From: Luteimonas sp.
GTDB lineage: Bacteria; Pseudomonadota; Gammaproteobacteria; Xanthomonadales; Xanthomonadaceae
DNA: 64,000 nucleotides
Direction: 5' to 3'
Assembly (NCBI GenBank): GCA_035539095.1
Contig: DATLJE010000009.1
Coordinates: forward strand, 265,071 to 329,070
Position 1 is the stretch's first letter; every line of letters starts with the position of its first letter. This document shows positions 36,640-46,340 of this stretch, in pieces. Below the pieces are notes generated by a model, which saw only the letters and a list, made by a program, of their open reading frames with translations, did not search any database and was not told where the DNA came from. A program made the translations under genes and the position numbers.

Positions 36640-36900
36640 GACCCGTGCTCCGTGGCCGGTCTCCGGACTGGCGAGTTGGAGTGTTCGACTCCGGCCGCGG
36701 CGCCTTCCCGTGCGGCTTCCCGGGGGAAGCCCGCAGGCCGATGGCCTGCCTGGACAGTGGCGGATGCGTTGGCGCGACTCGCTTACCGTTGCGGGGGCAG
36801 TGCCGGACTGGTCGTGGCGCGCTGCATGCGCGGCGCGCGGCGGACTTCACCGGCTTCCCGTTTCAACCCGTTGGCGGACGCCGCCGGGTCACCGCGAAGC
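36640..36900 (-). promoter_or_regulatory. cobalamin (B12) riboswitch
   Basis: The minus strand shows AAACGGGAAGCCGGTGAAGTCCG, CTGCCCCCGCAACGGTAAGC, GCCACTG and the B12 box AGTCCGGAGACCGGCC, in canonical order. Confidence 0.88.
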
Positions 36901-36946
36901 GGGGCGATTGTACGCGATGGGCGCCGCCGCGGCGCATCCCGGGCTC

Positions 36947-37019
36947 GTCATTCCGGGCACGGCGAGGGAGCCGGGCTTGCCGGGGGAAAAGCAAGATCCC
37001 TCGCTGCGCTCGGAATGAC
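36947..37019. repeat. REP-like palindrome, diverged copy of the gtcatcccgagcg family
   Basis: gtcattccgggcacggcgagggagc ... gatccctcgctgcgctcggaatgac. Confidence 0.65.
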
Positions 37020-37053
37020 AAGGAAGACGCAGGCCGCGGCTTGCTCGCGGCAG

Positions 37054-37425
37054 TCAATCGCCGTCGGGCTCGTCGAACAGACCGGGTGACGGCATGCGGC
37101 CGTCCTCGTCCTGCATCACCGTCGTGGTCACCGGCGCGGCCGCGGGGCGGTTGCGCGGCGGCGGCAGCTGGGCGATCGCGGCTTCGGCCTGCTCGACCAG
37201 CTCGGCGCGGCGCGCTTCGGGCACTTCCTGCCAGTGGCAGTCGTGCAGCGCGCCTTCGAGCGCGTAGAGCAGGTTGAGGCTGGGCTTGAAGCCGGCGCGC
37301 TTGACGCGCATGAAGGCTTCCACCGGCCCGGCCGCGGCCAGGTCCTCGGGCGTGCGCAGGCCGACCTGGCGCAGCCACGCCGCGCTCTTGGGGCCGATGT
37401 TGCGCAGCTTCAGCGGGGCGCTCAC
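37054..37425 (-). CDS. TfoX/Sxy C-terminal-domain protein
   Basis: LRNIGPKSAAWLRQVGLRTPEDL...SLNLLYALEGAL pattern typical of the TfoX_C domain. Confidence 0.75.
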   Translation of the reverse strand: MSAPLKLRNIGPKSAAWLRQVGLRTPEDLAAAGPVEAFMRVKRAGFKPSLNLLYALEGALHDCHWQEVPEARRAELVEQAEAAIAQLPPPRNRPAAAPVTTTVMQDEDGRMPSPGLFDEPDGD

Positions 37426-37503
37426 GAGCGCGCCCCCGCCTGCGCCGTCGCGTCGCGTTGCCGGGTCCCGTCGTCCGTCGTCGTGGCGTGCCTCATCGGC
37501 CTG

Positions 37504-37986
37504 TCATCCCAGTGACCGCACGAAGATCCGCGCGATGTTCTCGAGCCCTGTCTGGTCATCAACGTCGAAACGGGCCGGATCCGGACTATCGAGGTCGAAC
37601 ACGCCCACCAGCGCGTCCCCATGGAACAGCGGCACCACCAGCTCCGAGCGCGAGGCCGAGTCGCAGGCGATGTGGCCGGGGAAGGCGTTGACGTCGTCGA
37701 CGCGCTGGGTGCGGCCGCTGCTCGCGGCCGCGCCGCATACGCCCTTGTCGAGCGGGATGCGAATGCAGGCGGGCAGGCCCTGGAACGGGCCGACCACCAG
37801 CTCGGTGCCGTCGAAGAAATAGAAGCCGGCCCAGTTCAGGCGCGGCAGCGCGTGGTAGACCAGCGCCGAGAGGTTGGCGGCGTTGGCGATGCGGTCGCGC
37901 TCGCCGGCGACCAGCGCCGCCGCCTGTTCGGCAAGCTGGGCGTACTGTTCGGGCTTGCTGCCGCTTAGACTGTGCGAAGTGAACAT
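37504..37986 (-). CDS. msrC: GAF-domain protein (free methionine-R-sulfoxide reductase type)
   Basis: ATG at 37986. NWAGFYFFDG...LVVGPFQG..ACIRIPLDKGVCG...HIACDSASRSE..VPL signature. Confidence 0.8.
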   Translation of the reverse strand: MFTSHSLSGSKPEQYAQLAEQAAALVAGERDRIANAANLSALVYHALPRLNWAGFYFFDGTELVVGPFQGLPACIRIPLDKGVCGAAASSGRTQRVDDVNAFPGHIACDSASRSELVVPLFHGDALVGVFDLDSPDPARFDVDDQTGLENIARIFVRSLG

Positions 37987-38038
37987 GCGTGGCAGTGTAG
38001 CGCGGCCGCCCGCCACCGGCCCCACCCGCGGAGGATGC

Positions 38039-38776
38039 ATGGGCAGTGCCAATCCCGCGCCCGAGCCTGCGCTCCGCCGCGGCGTGTTCGCCCACCGCGG
38101 CCAGCAGGTGACGCGCCTGGAAGCGTTCGTCGACGCCGCGTTCGCGTTCGCGGTGACGCTGCTGGTGATCTCGATCGACGCCATCCCCGACAGCACCCGC
38201 GCGCTGGTGCAGGCGCTCAAGGCGATCCCCGCGTTCGCGGCGTGCTTCGCGATGGTGGCGATGTTCTGGGCCGCGCACGCGCGCTGGAGCCGGCGCTACG
38301 GGCTCGACGACGGCGCGAGCACGGTGCTCAGCCTGGCGCTGGTGTTCCTGGTGCTGGTGTACGTGTACCCGCTGCGGCTGCAGTTCGGGGTGTTCTTCGC
38401 CTGGATCACCGACGGCTGGCTGCCCTCGCCGATGCGGATCGACAGCCATGCGGACATCGGCTTCATGTTCCTGGTCTACGGGCTCGCGTTCGCGATGATG
38501 TCGCTGTGCCTGCTGGGGCTGTACGCGCACGCGTGGCGCCGGCGCGCGGCGATCGGCCTGGACGGCGACGAGCGCGCGCATACCGCCGGCGAGATCGCGG
38601 TCTATGTCTACTTCGTCGCGGTCGCCGTGGCGTCGCTTTCGTTCGCGGCCTGGTCGATGCGGCACGCGCCGGCGATGGTCGGCTTGGCCGGCATGGCGTA
38701 CGCGCTGCTCGGGCTCACCGGGGTGGTCGACGCGCTGGTGCGGCGCGGGGTGCTCGCGCGCGGGACGGGCGCATGA
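38039..38776 (+). CDS. TMEM175/DUF1211-family putative potassium channel
   Basis: GGAGGA Shine-Dalgarno sequence, ATG at 38039. RLEAFVDAAFAFAVTLLVISI matches the family TM1 motif. Six hydrophobic segments. Confidence 0.75.
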   Translation: MGSANPAPEPALRRGVFAHRGQQVTRLEAFVDAAFAFAVTLLVISIDAIPDSTRALVQALKAIPAFAACFAMVAMFWAAHARWSRRYGLDDGASTVLSLALVFLVLVYVYPLRLQFGVFFAWITDGWLPSPMRIDSHADIGFMFLVYGLAFAMMSLCLLGLYAHAWRRRAAIGLDGDERAHTAGEIAVYVYFVAVAVASLSFAAWSMRHAPAMVGLAGMAYALLGLTGVVDALVRRGVLARGTGA

Positions 38777-39459
38777 GCCATCCGGGCGTCTACGTCACCG
38801 GCACCGACACCGATGCCGGCAAGACCGTCGCCAGCGCGGCGCTGCTGCATGCGCTGCGCGCGCGCGGCCTGCGCGCGGTGGGAATGAAGCCGCTGGCCAG
38901 CGGCTGCGCGCATACCGCGCACGGCTGGCGCAACGACGACGCGCTGGCGCTGCAGGCCGCCAGCGCCCCGCGCCCGGCCTACGACGACGTCAATCCGTTC
39001 GCGCTGCCGCTGCCGTTGGCGCCGGAGTTCGCCGCGCGCGAGGCCGGGATCACCGTCGAGCTGGCGCCGATCCTCGCCGCGCACGCGCGGCTCGCCGCGC
39101 AGGCGGACTTCGTGCTGGTCGAGGGCGTCGGCGGCTGGCTGGCGCCGCTCACCGCCACCCTCGACCAGTCGGGCTTGGCGCGCGCGCTGGAACTGCCGGT
39201 GGTGCTGGTGGTGGGCCTGCGCCTGGGCTGCCTCAACCACGCGCGGCTGAGCGCGCGCGCGATCGCGGCCGACGGCGCGTCCCTGGCCGGCTGGATCGCG
39301 AGCGAGGTGGATCCGGCGATGGCGCACCGCGACGACAACTTCGAGGCCCTGCGCGAGCGCCTGCCGGCGCCCTGCCTGGGCCGCCTGCGCCACGCCGCGC
39401 CGCCAGACCCGGCAACGCTGGCGCGAGCCCTCGACGCCACCCCGCTGCTGGCAGGCTGA
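38773..39459 (+). CDS. bioD: dethiobiotin synthase
   Basis: VTGTDTDAGKTV P-loop and VEGVGGW motif. Its ATG overlaps the upstream stop (ATGA). Confidence 0.9.
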   Translation: MSHPGVYVTGTDTDAGKTVASAALLHALRARGLRAVGMKPLASGCAHTAHGWRNDDALALQAASAPRPAYDDVNPFALPLPLAPEFAAREAGITVELAPILAAHARLAAQADFVLVEGVGGWLAPLTATLDQSGLARALELPVVLVVGLRLGCLNHARLSARAIAADGASLAGWIASEVDPAMAHRDDNFEALRERLPAPCLGRLRHAAPPDPATLARALDATPLLAG

Positions 39460-39580
39460 CGACCGCGCTTTCCTGACTTCCGGCACGTGGACCGAAACCG
39501 CCGGATGCTACACTGACGGGTATAGGAATTGCCGACATGCCGCAGCAGACCGGCACACGATCCCCCCGGAGCCCCCACCC

Positions 39581-40780
39581 ATGACGATGCAAACCCGTAC
39601 GCTGGCGATCGCCGGCGCGCTTCTCCTGCTGGCCGCCTGCGGCAAGGGTGAACAGGCCGGCCCCGGCGGCCCCGGCGGCGGCATGCCGCCGCCCGACGTT
39701 GGCGTGATGGTGGCGAAGAAGACCACGGTGCCGCTGCAGCAGGAGCTGGTCGGCCGGCTCGCGGCCTATCGCAGCGCCGACGTGCGCGCCCGCGTGCCCG
39801 GCGTGCTGCAGAAGCGCGCCTACGAGGAAGGCAGGGACGTGCGCAAGGGCCAGGTCCTGTTCGTGATCGACCCGGCGCCGCTGCGCGCGGCGCTCGGCCA
39901 GGCCCAGGGCGCGCTCGCGCAGGCGCAGGCCAGCTATGCGAACGCGAAGGCCAACGCCGACCGCGCCCGCCAGCTTCTGCCGCAGAAGTTCGTCTCCAAG
40001 TCCGACTACGACAATGCCCTGGCCAGCGAGCGCAGTTCCGCCGCGGCGGTGCAGGCGGCGAAGGCCTCGGTGCAGAGCGCGCAGATCAACCTCGGCTACG
40101 CCACCGTGCGTTCGCCGATCGACGGCCGCGCCGGCAAGCAGCAGGTCACCGAGGGCGCGCTGGTCGGGCAGGGCGACGCCACCCTGCTGACCACGGTCGA
40201 CCAGATCGACCCGCTGTACGTGAACTTCTCCATGGGCGTGTCCGAGCTCGAGCAGGTGCGCCGGCTGCAGGCCGGCGGCCAGTCGCAGGTGCAGGTGCTG
40301 CTGCCCGACGGCACGCCCTACCAGCGCGCCGGCGAGCTGGATTTCTCCGGCGACGTGGTCGACCCGGCCACCGGCTCGGTCGCGCTGCGCGCGCGCCTGC
40401 CCAATCCCGACAAGCACTTGCTGCCCGGCACCTACGTGACGCTGAAGGCGACCCTGGGCGAGGTGCACGACGCCTTCCTGGTCCCGCAGGCGGCGGTGCA
40501 GCGCGACGCGCAGGGCGCGTACGTGCTGGTGGTCGGCCAGGACGGCAAGGTCGCGCGCAAGGACATCGACGCCGACCGCGCGCAGGGCAGCAACTGGATC
40601 GTCACCAAGGGACTGGCCGGCGGCGAGCAGATCATCGTGTCCGGCCTGCAGAAGGCCCAGCCCGGCCAGCCCGCGAAGGCCTCGCCCTGGCAGCCGCCGG
40701 GCGCGCCCGTCGCGGCCCAGCCGGGAGCGGCAAAACCCGACGCGGGCAAGCAGGGTGACGACGCGAAGAAGAAGGACTGA
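39581..40780 (+). CDS. RND efflux periplasmic adaptor lipoprotein (AcrA/MexA family)
   Basis: Lipobox LLLAAC, coiled-coil hairpin, YATVRSPIDGRAG motif. Confidence 0.92.
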   Translation: MTMQTRTLAIAGALLLLAACGKGEQAGPGGPGGGMPPPDVGVMVAKKTTVPLQQELVGRLAAYRSADVRARVPGVLQKRAYEEGRDVRKGQVLFVIDPAPLRAALGQAQGALAQAQASYANAKANADRARQLLPQKFVSKSDYDNALASERSSAAAVQAAKASVQSAQINLGYATVRSPIDGRAGKQQVTEGALVGQGDATLLTTVDQIDPLYVNFSMGVSELEQVRRLQAGGQSQVQVLLPDGTPYQRAGELDFSGDVVDPATGSVALRARLPNPDKHLLPGTYVTLKATLGEVHDAFLVPQAAVQRDAQGAYVLVVGQDGKVARKDIDADRAQGSNWIVTKGLAGGEQIIVSGLQKAQPGQPAKASPWQPPGAPVAAQPGAAKPDAGKQGDDAKKKD

Positions 40781-40786
40781 CCCGCC

Positions 40787-43700
40787 ATGTCCCGGTTCTT
40801 CATCAACCACCCGGTCTTCGCCTGGGTCATCGCGATCCTGATCACGCTCGGCGGCGTGCTCGCGATCACCGGCCTGGGCGTCGAGTCCTACCCGAACATC
40901 GCGCCCCCGCAGGTGACCGTCTCGGCCAGCTATCCCGGCGCGAGCGCGGAGACTACCGAGGGCGCGGTCACCCAGGTCATCGAGCAGCAGCTCACCGGCA
41001 TCGACAACCTCGACTACTTCAGCTCCTCGTCGAGCTCCAGCGGCGGTTCGTCGATCACGCTGACGTTCAAGCCGGGCACCGACCCCGACATCGCCCAGGT
41101 GCAGGTGCAGAACAAGGTCGCGCTGGCGACCCCGCGCCTGCCATCGGAAGTGATCCAGCAGGGCGTGGAGGTGGCCAAGGCCAACCCGGGCTTCCTGATG
41201 GTGGTGGCACTGCGCTCGAGCAACCCGGCCTTCGACAAGGACGCGCTGGCCGACCTGATCGCCGCGCGCGTGCTCGACCAGATCGCGCGCACCCCGGGCG
41301 TGGGCAGCACGCGGCTGTTCGGCGGCGAGTACGCGATGAACATCTGGCTCAACGCCGACAAGCTGCACGGCTACGGGCTCTCGGCCAGCGAGGTGCTGGC
41401 GGCGGTGCGCGGGCAGAACGTGCAGTTCGCCGCCGGCGCGGTCGGCGCAGAGCCTTCGCCCGAAGGCCAGGCGTTCACCGCCACGGTGTCGGCCGAAGGC
41501 CGCTACAGCACCGCCGAGCAGTTCGGCAACATCATCCTGCGCGCCAACGGCGACGGCACCACGGTGCGGCTCAAGGACGTGGCGCGGGTGGAGAAGGGCG
41601 CCTCGGCCTACGGTTTCGACCTCAAATGGAGCGGCACGCCGGCCTCCGGCTTCGCGGTGCAGCTGGCGCCCGGCGCCAACGCGCTGGGCGTGGCCGAGAC
41701 GGTGCGCGCGCGCATGGACGAGCTGCAGGCCACCTTCCCGCAGGGCGTGACCTGGTTCTCGCCGTACGACAGCTCGACGTTCGTGAAGATCTCGATCGAG
41801 GAGGTCGTCAAGACCCTGTTCGAGGCGGTCGTGCTGGTGTTCCTGGTGATGCTGGTGTTCCTGCAGAACTTCCGCGCCACGCTGATCCCGACGCTGGTGA
41901 TCCCGGTGGCGCTGCTGGGCACGTTCCTGGGCATGTGGATGGTCGGCTTCACGATCAACCAGCTCACGCTGTTCGGCATGGTGCTGGCGATCGGCATCGT
42001 GGTCGACGACGCGATCGTGGTGATCGAGAACGTCGAGCGCATCATGACCGAGGAAGGCCTCTCGCCGAAGGACGCCACGGTCAAGGCGATGGGCCAGATC
42101 ACCGGCGCGGTGGTGGCGATCACGGTGGTGCTGGCGGCGGTGTTCGTGCCCAGCGCGTTCCAGGCCGGCAGCGCGGGCGAGATCTACAAGCAGTTCGCGA
42201 TCACGATCGCGATGGCGATGGCGTTCTCGGCGTTCCTGGCGCTGGGCTTCACGCCTGCGCTGTGCGCGTCGATGCTCAAGCCGACCGGCCACCACGAGAG
42301 CCGCAACCCGATCTTCCGCGCCTTCAACAAGGTCTACGACAAGGTCAGCCACACCTATGTCGGCCACATCGGCAGCGCCGTGCGGCACGCGCCGCGCTGG
42401 ATGCTGGTGTTCGCGGGGCTGGCGCTGCTGTGCGGCTTCCTGTTCACGCGCATGCCCGGCAGCTTCCTGCCCGAGGAAGACCAGGGCTACGCGCTGGCGA
42501 TCGTGCAGCTGCCGTCGGGCGCGACCCTCAAGCGCACCGAGCGGGTGTTCGAGCAGGTCCGCGGCGCGCTGGAGAAGATCGACGGCTACGAGGGCATGAT
42601 GCAGGTGGCCGGCTTCAGCTTCGTCGGCCAGGGCGAGAACGTCGGCATGGCCTTCGTCAAGCTCAAGCCCTGGGACGAGCGCAAGATCACCGCGTCGGAG
42701 TTCATCCAGCAGGCCAACGGCGCGCTGTTCCCGATCCGCGACGCGCAGATCTTCGTGATCAACCTGCCGACGGTGAACGGGCTGGGCCAGTTCGGCGGCT
42801 TCGACATGTACCTGCAGGACCGCGGCGGCCAGGGCCGCGCGGCGCTGGCGCAGGCGATGGGGACGCTGCTGGGCAAGGCGGCGCAGAACCCGGCGCTGAC
42901 CGCGGTGCGACCGAACACGCTGGCCGACGCGCCGCAGCTCAAGCTCGACGTCGATCGCACCCAGGCGCAGGCGATGGGGCTGTCGGTGAGCGACATCTAC
43001 AACGCCATCGGCCTGATGCTGGCGCCGGTCTACGTCAACGACTTCGTCGACGGCGGGCGCGTCAAGCGCGTGACCATGCAGGCCGACCGCGACTACCGCA
43101 CCGGGCCCGAATCGCTGTCGCGCTTCTACACACCGGCGCCGGGAACCGACGCCGACGGCGCCAGCGCGATGATCCCGATCTCCAACGTCGTCCACAGCCA
43201 CTGGACCACCGCGCCGCCGTCGCTGGGACGCTACAACGGCTACGCGGCGGTCGAGATCGTCGGCTCGCAGGCGCCCGGCCACAGCTCGGGCGAGGCGATG
43301 AACGCGATGCAGAAGATCGTCGAGGACGACCTGCCCGAAGGCTTCGGCTACGACTGGACCGGCCAGTCCTACCAGGAAATCCTCTCCGGCAACCAGGCCA
43401 CGATGCTGATGGTGCTGTCGATCCTGGTGGTGTTCCTGTGCCTGGCCGCGCTGTACGAGAGCTGGTCGGTACCGGTGTCGGTGCTGCTGGTGGTGCCGCT
43501 GGGCGTGCTGGGCGCGGTGGTGCTGTCGCTGCTGCGCGGCCTGCCCAATGACATCTACTTCAAGATCGGCCTGATCACGGTCATCGGCCTTGCGGCGAAG
43601 AACGCGATCCTGATCATCGAGTTCGCGATCGAGCAGCGCCAGGAGGGCAAGCCGCTGGGCGAGGCGATCATCGAGGCGGCGCGGCTGCGCTTCCGCCCGA

Positions 43701-43918
43701 TCCTGATGACCTCGTTCGCCTTCATCATGGGCGTCACGCCGATGGCACTGTCGAGCGGCGCGGGCGCCAACGCCCGCCACGCGATCGGCACCGGCGTGAT
43801 CGGCGGCATGCTGTTCGCCACGTTCCTGGGACTGCTGCTGATCCCGGTGTTCTACGTGGTGGTGCGCCGGCTGCTGGGCGACAAGCTGGACGAGAAGCCG
43901 GCGATCGCGCAGGAGTAG
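40787..43918 (+). CDS. RND multidrug efflux transporter (AcrB/MexB family)
   Basis: MSRFFINHPVFAWVIAILI start, 12-TM architecture, conserved VVDDAIVVIENVER. Confidence 0.96.
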   Translation: MSRFFINHPVFAWVIAILITLGGVLAITGLGVESYPNIAPPQVTVSASYPGASAETTEGAVTQVIEQQLTGIDNLDYFSSSSSSSGGSSITLTFKPGTDPDIAQVQVQNKVALATPRLPSEVIQQGVEVAKANPGFLMVVALRSSNPAFDKDALADLIAARVLDQIARTPGVGSTRLFGGEYAMNIWLNADKLHGYGLSASEVLAAVRGQNVQFAAGAVGAEPSPEGQAFTATVSAEGRYSTAEQFGNIILRANGDGTTVRLKDVARVEKGASAYGFDLKWSGTPASGFAVQLAPGANALGVAETVRARMDELQATFPQGVTWFSPYDSSTFVKISIEEVVKTLFEAVVLVFLVMLVFLQNFRATLIPTLVIPVALLGTFLGMWMVGFTINQLTLFGMVLAIGIVVDDAIVVIENVERIMTEEGLSPKDATVKAMGQITGAVVAITVVLAAVFVPSAFQAGSAGEIYKQFAITIAMAMAFSAFLALGFTPALCASMLKPTGHHESRNPIFRAFNKVYDKVSHTYVGHIGSAVRHAPRWMLVFAGLALLCGFLFTRMPGSFLPEEDQGYALAIVQLPSGATLKRTERVFEQVRGALEKIDGYEGMMQVAGFSFVGQGENVGMAFVKLKPWDERKITASEFIQQANGALFPIRDAQIFVINLPTVNGLGQFGGFDMYLQDRGGQGRAALAQAMGTLLGKAAQNPALTAVRPNTLADAPQLKLDVDRTQAQAMGLSVSDIYNAIGLMLAPVYVNDFVDGGRVKRVTMQADRDYRTGPESLSRFYTPAPGTDADGASAMIPISNVVHSHWTTAPPSLGRYNGYAAVEIVGSQAPGHSSGEAMNAMQKIVEDDLPEGFGYDWTGQSYQEILSGNQATMLMVLSILVVFLCLAALYESWSVPVSVLLVVPLGVLGAVVLSLLRGLPNDIYFKIGLITVIGLAAKNAILIIEFAIEQRQEGKPLGEAIIEAARLRFRPILMTSFAFIMGVTPMALSSGAGANARHAIGTGVIGGMLFATFLGLLLIPVFYVVVRRLLGDKLDEKPAIAQE

Positions 43919-43941
43919 CGTTCGCGGCGGATGCACCCACC

Positions 43942-43967
43942 GGAAGGCCGCGGCGACGCGGCCTTCC
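43942..43967. terminator. 11-bp GC hairpin between convergent genes (no clear U-tract)
   Basis: ggaaggccgcg-gcga-cgcggccttcc. Confidence 0.35.
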
Positions 43968-44090
43968 GCGTGTCCGGCGGCCTTCCGGCACGGCTCGCGC
44001 AGCACAGGGTGGCATTCCGGTGCAGCGGGGAATCCGGACAGCGGGGCGGCCGGGGTTCCTCGCCAGCCGGGAACGACGGTGATGCGGTCG

Positions 44091-45149
44091 CTAGCGAAAC
44101 GCCGCGAGCGCGGCGCCGATGCCGACGTTGAGCGCGTAGCCGCCGACCACCAGGAACGCGAACAGCGTCGCCGCCAGCGCCAGCGGGCGCAGCCCGGCCT
44201 GCCGGATCGCGCTGGCCTGCGTGCGCAGGCCGAGCGCGGCCATCGCCATCGCCAGCAGCACGGTGTCGACCTGCACCAGCGCGTCGACCCAAGCCGCCGG
44301 CAGCAGCCGCAGCGAGTTGAAGCCGCACACCGCGACGAACAGCACCGCGAACCACGGGACGCGGATGCGCGAACGGCCGGCCTGCGCGTCGCCGCGCTCC
44401 AGCCGCGACGACAGCACGAGCAGGAACGGCGCCAGCAGCATCACCCGCAGCATCTTCTCGATCACCGCCGCCGCGCCCGCGGCCTCGCCGACGGCGCGGC
44501 CGGCGACCACGACCTGCGCGACCTCGTGGATGGTGGAGCCGGCGTAGATGCCGAACGCGTGCTCGCCCAATCCCAGGTGCGGGTACAGCCATGGGTACAG
44601 GAACATCCCGGTGGTGCCGAACACTACCACCGTCGCCACCGCCACCGACACCTTGTGTGCCGGGGCGCGCACCACCGGCTCGGTCGCCATCACCGCCGCC
44701 GCGCCGCAGATCGCGCTGCCGGCGCCGATCAGCATCGCGGTCTGGCGGTCGAGCCGGAACACGCGCGTGCCCAGCGGCACCGCCAGACCGAACACCGATG
44801 CGATCATCGCCACGTCGACCAGCAGGCCGTGGATGCCGACGCCGGCGATGTCCTGGAAGGTGACGCGCAGCCCGTACAGCACGATCCCCGCGCGCAGCAG
44901 CATGCCCTTGGCGAAATCGACGCCGGCGCCGCTGCGCGCGGCCAGCGCCGGGAACACGGTGTTGCCGACCGCGATGCCCAGCACGATGGCCAGGGTCAGC
45001 GCGCCCAGCCCCAGCGCCTGCAGCGAAGGCAGCCGCGCCAGCAGCATGCCGGCGGCCGCGAGCGCGGCGGCCAGCGCGAGGCCGGGCCAGAGGTCGAGGT
45101 GGCGGCGCAGGCGGGCGGGGATGGTGCGTGGTTCGGCAACGGCGTGCAT
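44091..45149 (-). CDS. yeiH: YeiH-family (UPF0324) membrane protein
   Basis: Polytopic. IGAGSAICGAAAV and GSTIHEVAQVV motifs. Start is 45149 or 45212. Divergent from a LysR gene, as in E. coli yeiE-yeiH. Confidence 0.8.
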   Translation of the reverse strand: MHAVAEPRTIPARLRRHLDLWPGLALAAALAAAGMLLARLPSLQALGLGALTLAIVLGIAVGNTVFPALAARSGAGVDFAKGMLLRAGIVLYGLRVTFQDIAGVGIHGLLVDVAMIASVFGLAVPLGTRVFRLDRQTAMLIGAGSAICGAAAVMATEPVVRAPAHKVSVAVATVVVFGTTGMFLYPWLYPHLGLGEHAFGIYAGSTIHEVAQVVVAGRAVGEAAGAAAVIEKMLRVMLLAPFLLVLSSRLERGDAQAGRSRIRVPWFAVLFVAVCGFNSLRLLPAAWVDALVQVDTVLLAMAMAALGLRTQASAIRQAGLRPLALAATLFAFLVVGGYALNVGIGAALAAFR

Positions 45150-45244
45150 GGCGGAGGCAGGCTTGGCGGGTGCGCGCAGCGTGGCTGCCGCCGGCCGATG
45201 AATCCAATACATATAATTCAGCTTTCCATGGCCTTGGGTTATCG

Positions 45245-46156
45245 ATGAATCTGCACCTGCTGCGCGTGTTCGTGGCCGTGGTCGAGCACCAGGGCTTCTC
45301 GCGCGCCGCCGAGGCGCTGCACGTCAGCCAGCCGGCGGTGTCGAAGGCGGTGCGCGGGCTCGAGCACCAGCTCGGGCTGCCGCTGGTCGAACGCGGCGGC
45401 GCGCGCGGCCTGCGGCTGACCGAGCACGGCGCGTCGCTGCACCGGCACGCGCGCGCGATCTTCTCGATGGAGCGCGTCGCGGCGGCGGACATCCGCGACC
45501 GGGTGGAGCTGCGCAAGGGGTCGATGCGGGTCGGCGCCAGCACCACGGTGGCCGGCTACTGGCTGCCCGATGCGGTGGCGGCGTTCACGCGGCGCTTCCC
45601 CGGCATCGCGTTCTCGCTGCAGGTCGGCAACACCGCCGGGATCGGCCACGCGATCGCCGAGGGGCAGCTGGACGTCGCCTTCGTCGAGGGCGTGGTGGAC
45701 GATCCGGGCATCGTCGCCACGCCGTGGCGCGACGAGCCGCTGCAGGTGGTGGTGGCGGCCGGCGCGACGCTGGGGGCGAAACGCCGCGCCTCGGTCGCGG
45801 AGCTGTCGCGGCAGCCGTGGCTGCTGCGCGAGGCCGGCTCGGGCACGCGCCAGGTCGCGCAGCGCGTGCTGCGCCGGCGCGGCATCCGGCCGGCGCGGCT
45901 GCTCGAGCTGGGCAGCAACGAGGCGATCGCGGGCGCGGTGGCCGCCGGCGCCGGCGTGGCCCTGCTGCCGGCGATCGTGGTGCGCGACCTGGTGGCGATG
46001 GGGCGGCTGCGGATCGTGCGCCTGGCCGGCGACGGCGACATCGTGCGCCCGCTGTATCGGCTGGAACTGGCCAACCGCCCGCGCGCGCCGGCGCTGCAGG
46101 CGTTCGTCGACCTCGTCGAAGCGCCCGCAGCAACCCTCTCCAGCGCACCGGGATAG
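45245..46156 (+). CDS. LysR-family transcriptional regulator
   Basis: ATG at 45245. MNLHLLRVFVAVVEHQGFSRAAEALHVSQPAVSKAV HTH. Confidence 0.92.
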   Translation: MNLHLLRVFVAVVEHQGFSRAAEALHVSQPAVSKAVRGLEHQLGLPLVERGGARGLRLTEHGASLHRHARAIFSMERVAAADIRDRVELRKGSMRVGASTTVAGYWLPDAVAAFTRRFPGIAFSLQVGNTAGIGHAIAEGQLDVAFVEGVVDDPGIVATPWRDEPLQVVVAAGATLGAKRRASVAELSRQPWLLREAGSGTRQVAQRVLRRRGIRPARLLELGSNEAIAGAVAAGAGVALLPAIVVRDLVAMGRLRIVRLAGDGDIVRPLYRLELANRPRAPALQAFVDLVEAPAATLSSAPG

Positions 46157-46256
46157 GGAGGCGCGCGGCGCCGGCGAGGGCCTGGCTTTCAGCACTTGGG
46201 ACGCAGCTTCGGCCGGCTTCCTCCCGGAGTTGCGTCACCTCGGTTGCCAAACGCAC

Positions 46257-46288
46257 AAAAAAACCCGGCAACTTGCGTTGCCGGGTTT
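46257..46288 (-). terminator. rho-independent terminator of the phasin gene
   Basis: Minus strand: cccggcaac-gcaa-gttgccggg followed by TTTTTTT. Confidence 0.75.
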
Positions 46289-46340
46289 CCGACGCGGGAG
46301 AGAGGCCGCGTGGCCGGTCGCCCGGCCGATGGAGCTGGAA

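Noticed and set aside
39233-44005. A 1590-aa ORF antisense to the RND operon. Similar giant ORFs are 29498..33139, 21965..25450, 48046..49620, 8328..11051, 573..2279, 34640..37018 and 15211..17073.
   Set aside because: Their translations are dominated by Arg/Ala/Gly/Pro/His runs with no motifs, and each lies opposite or out of frame to a gene with clear family signatures. These are the typical stop-poor shadow ORFs of very GC-rich DNA.
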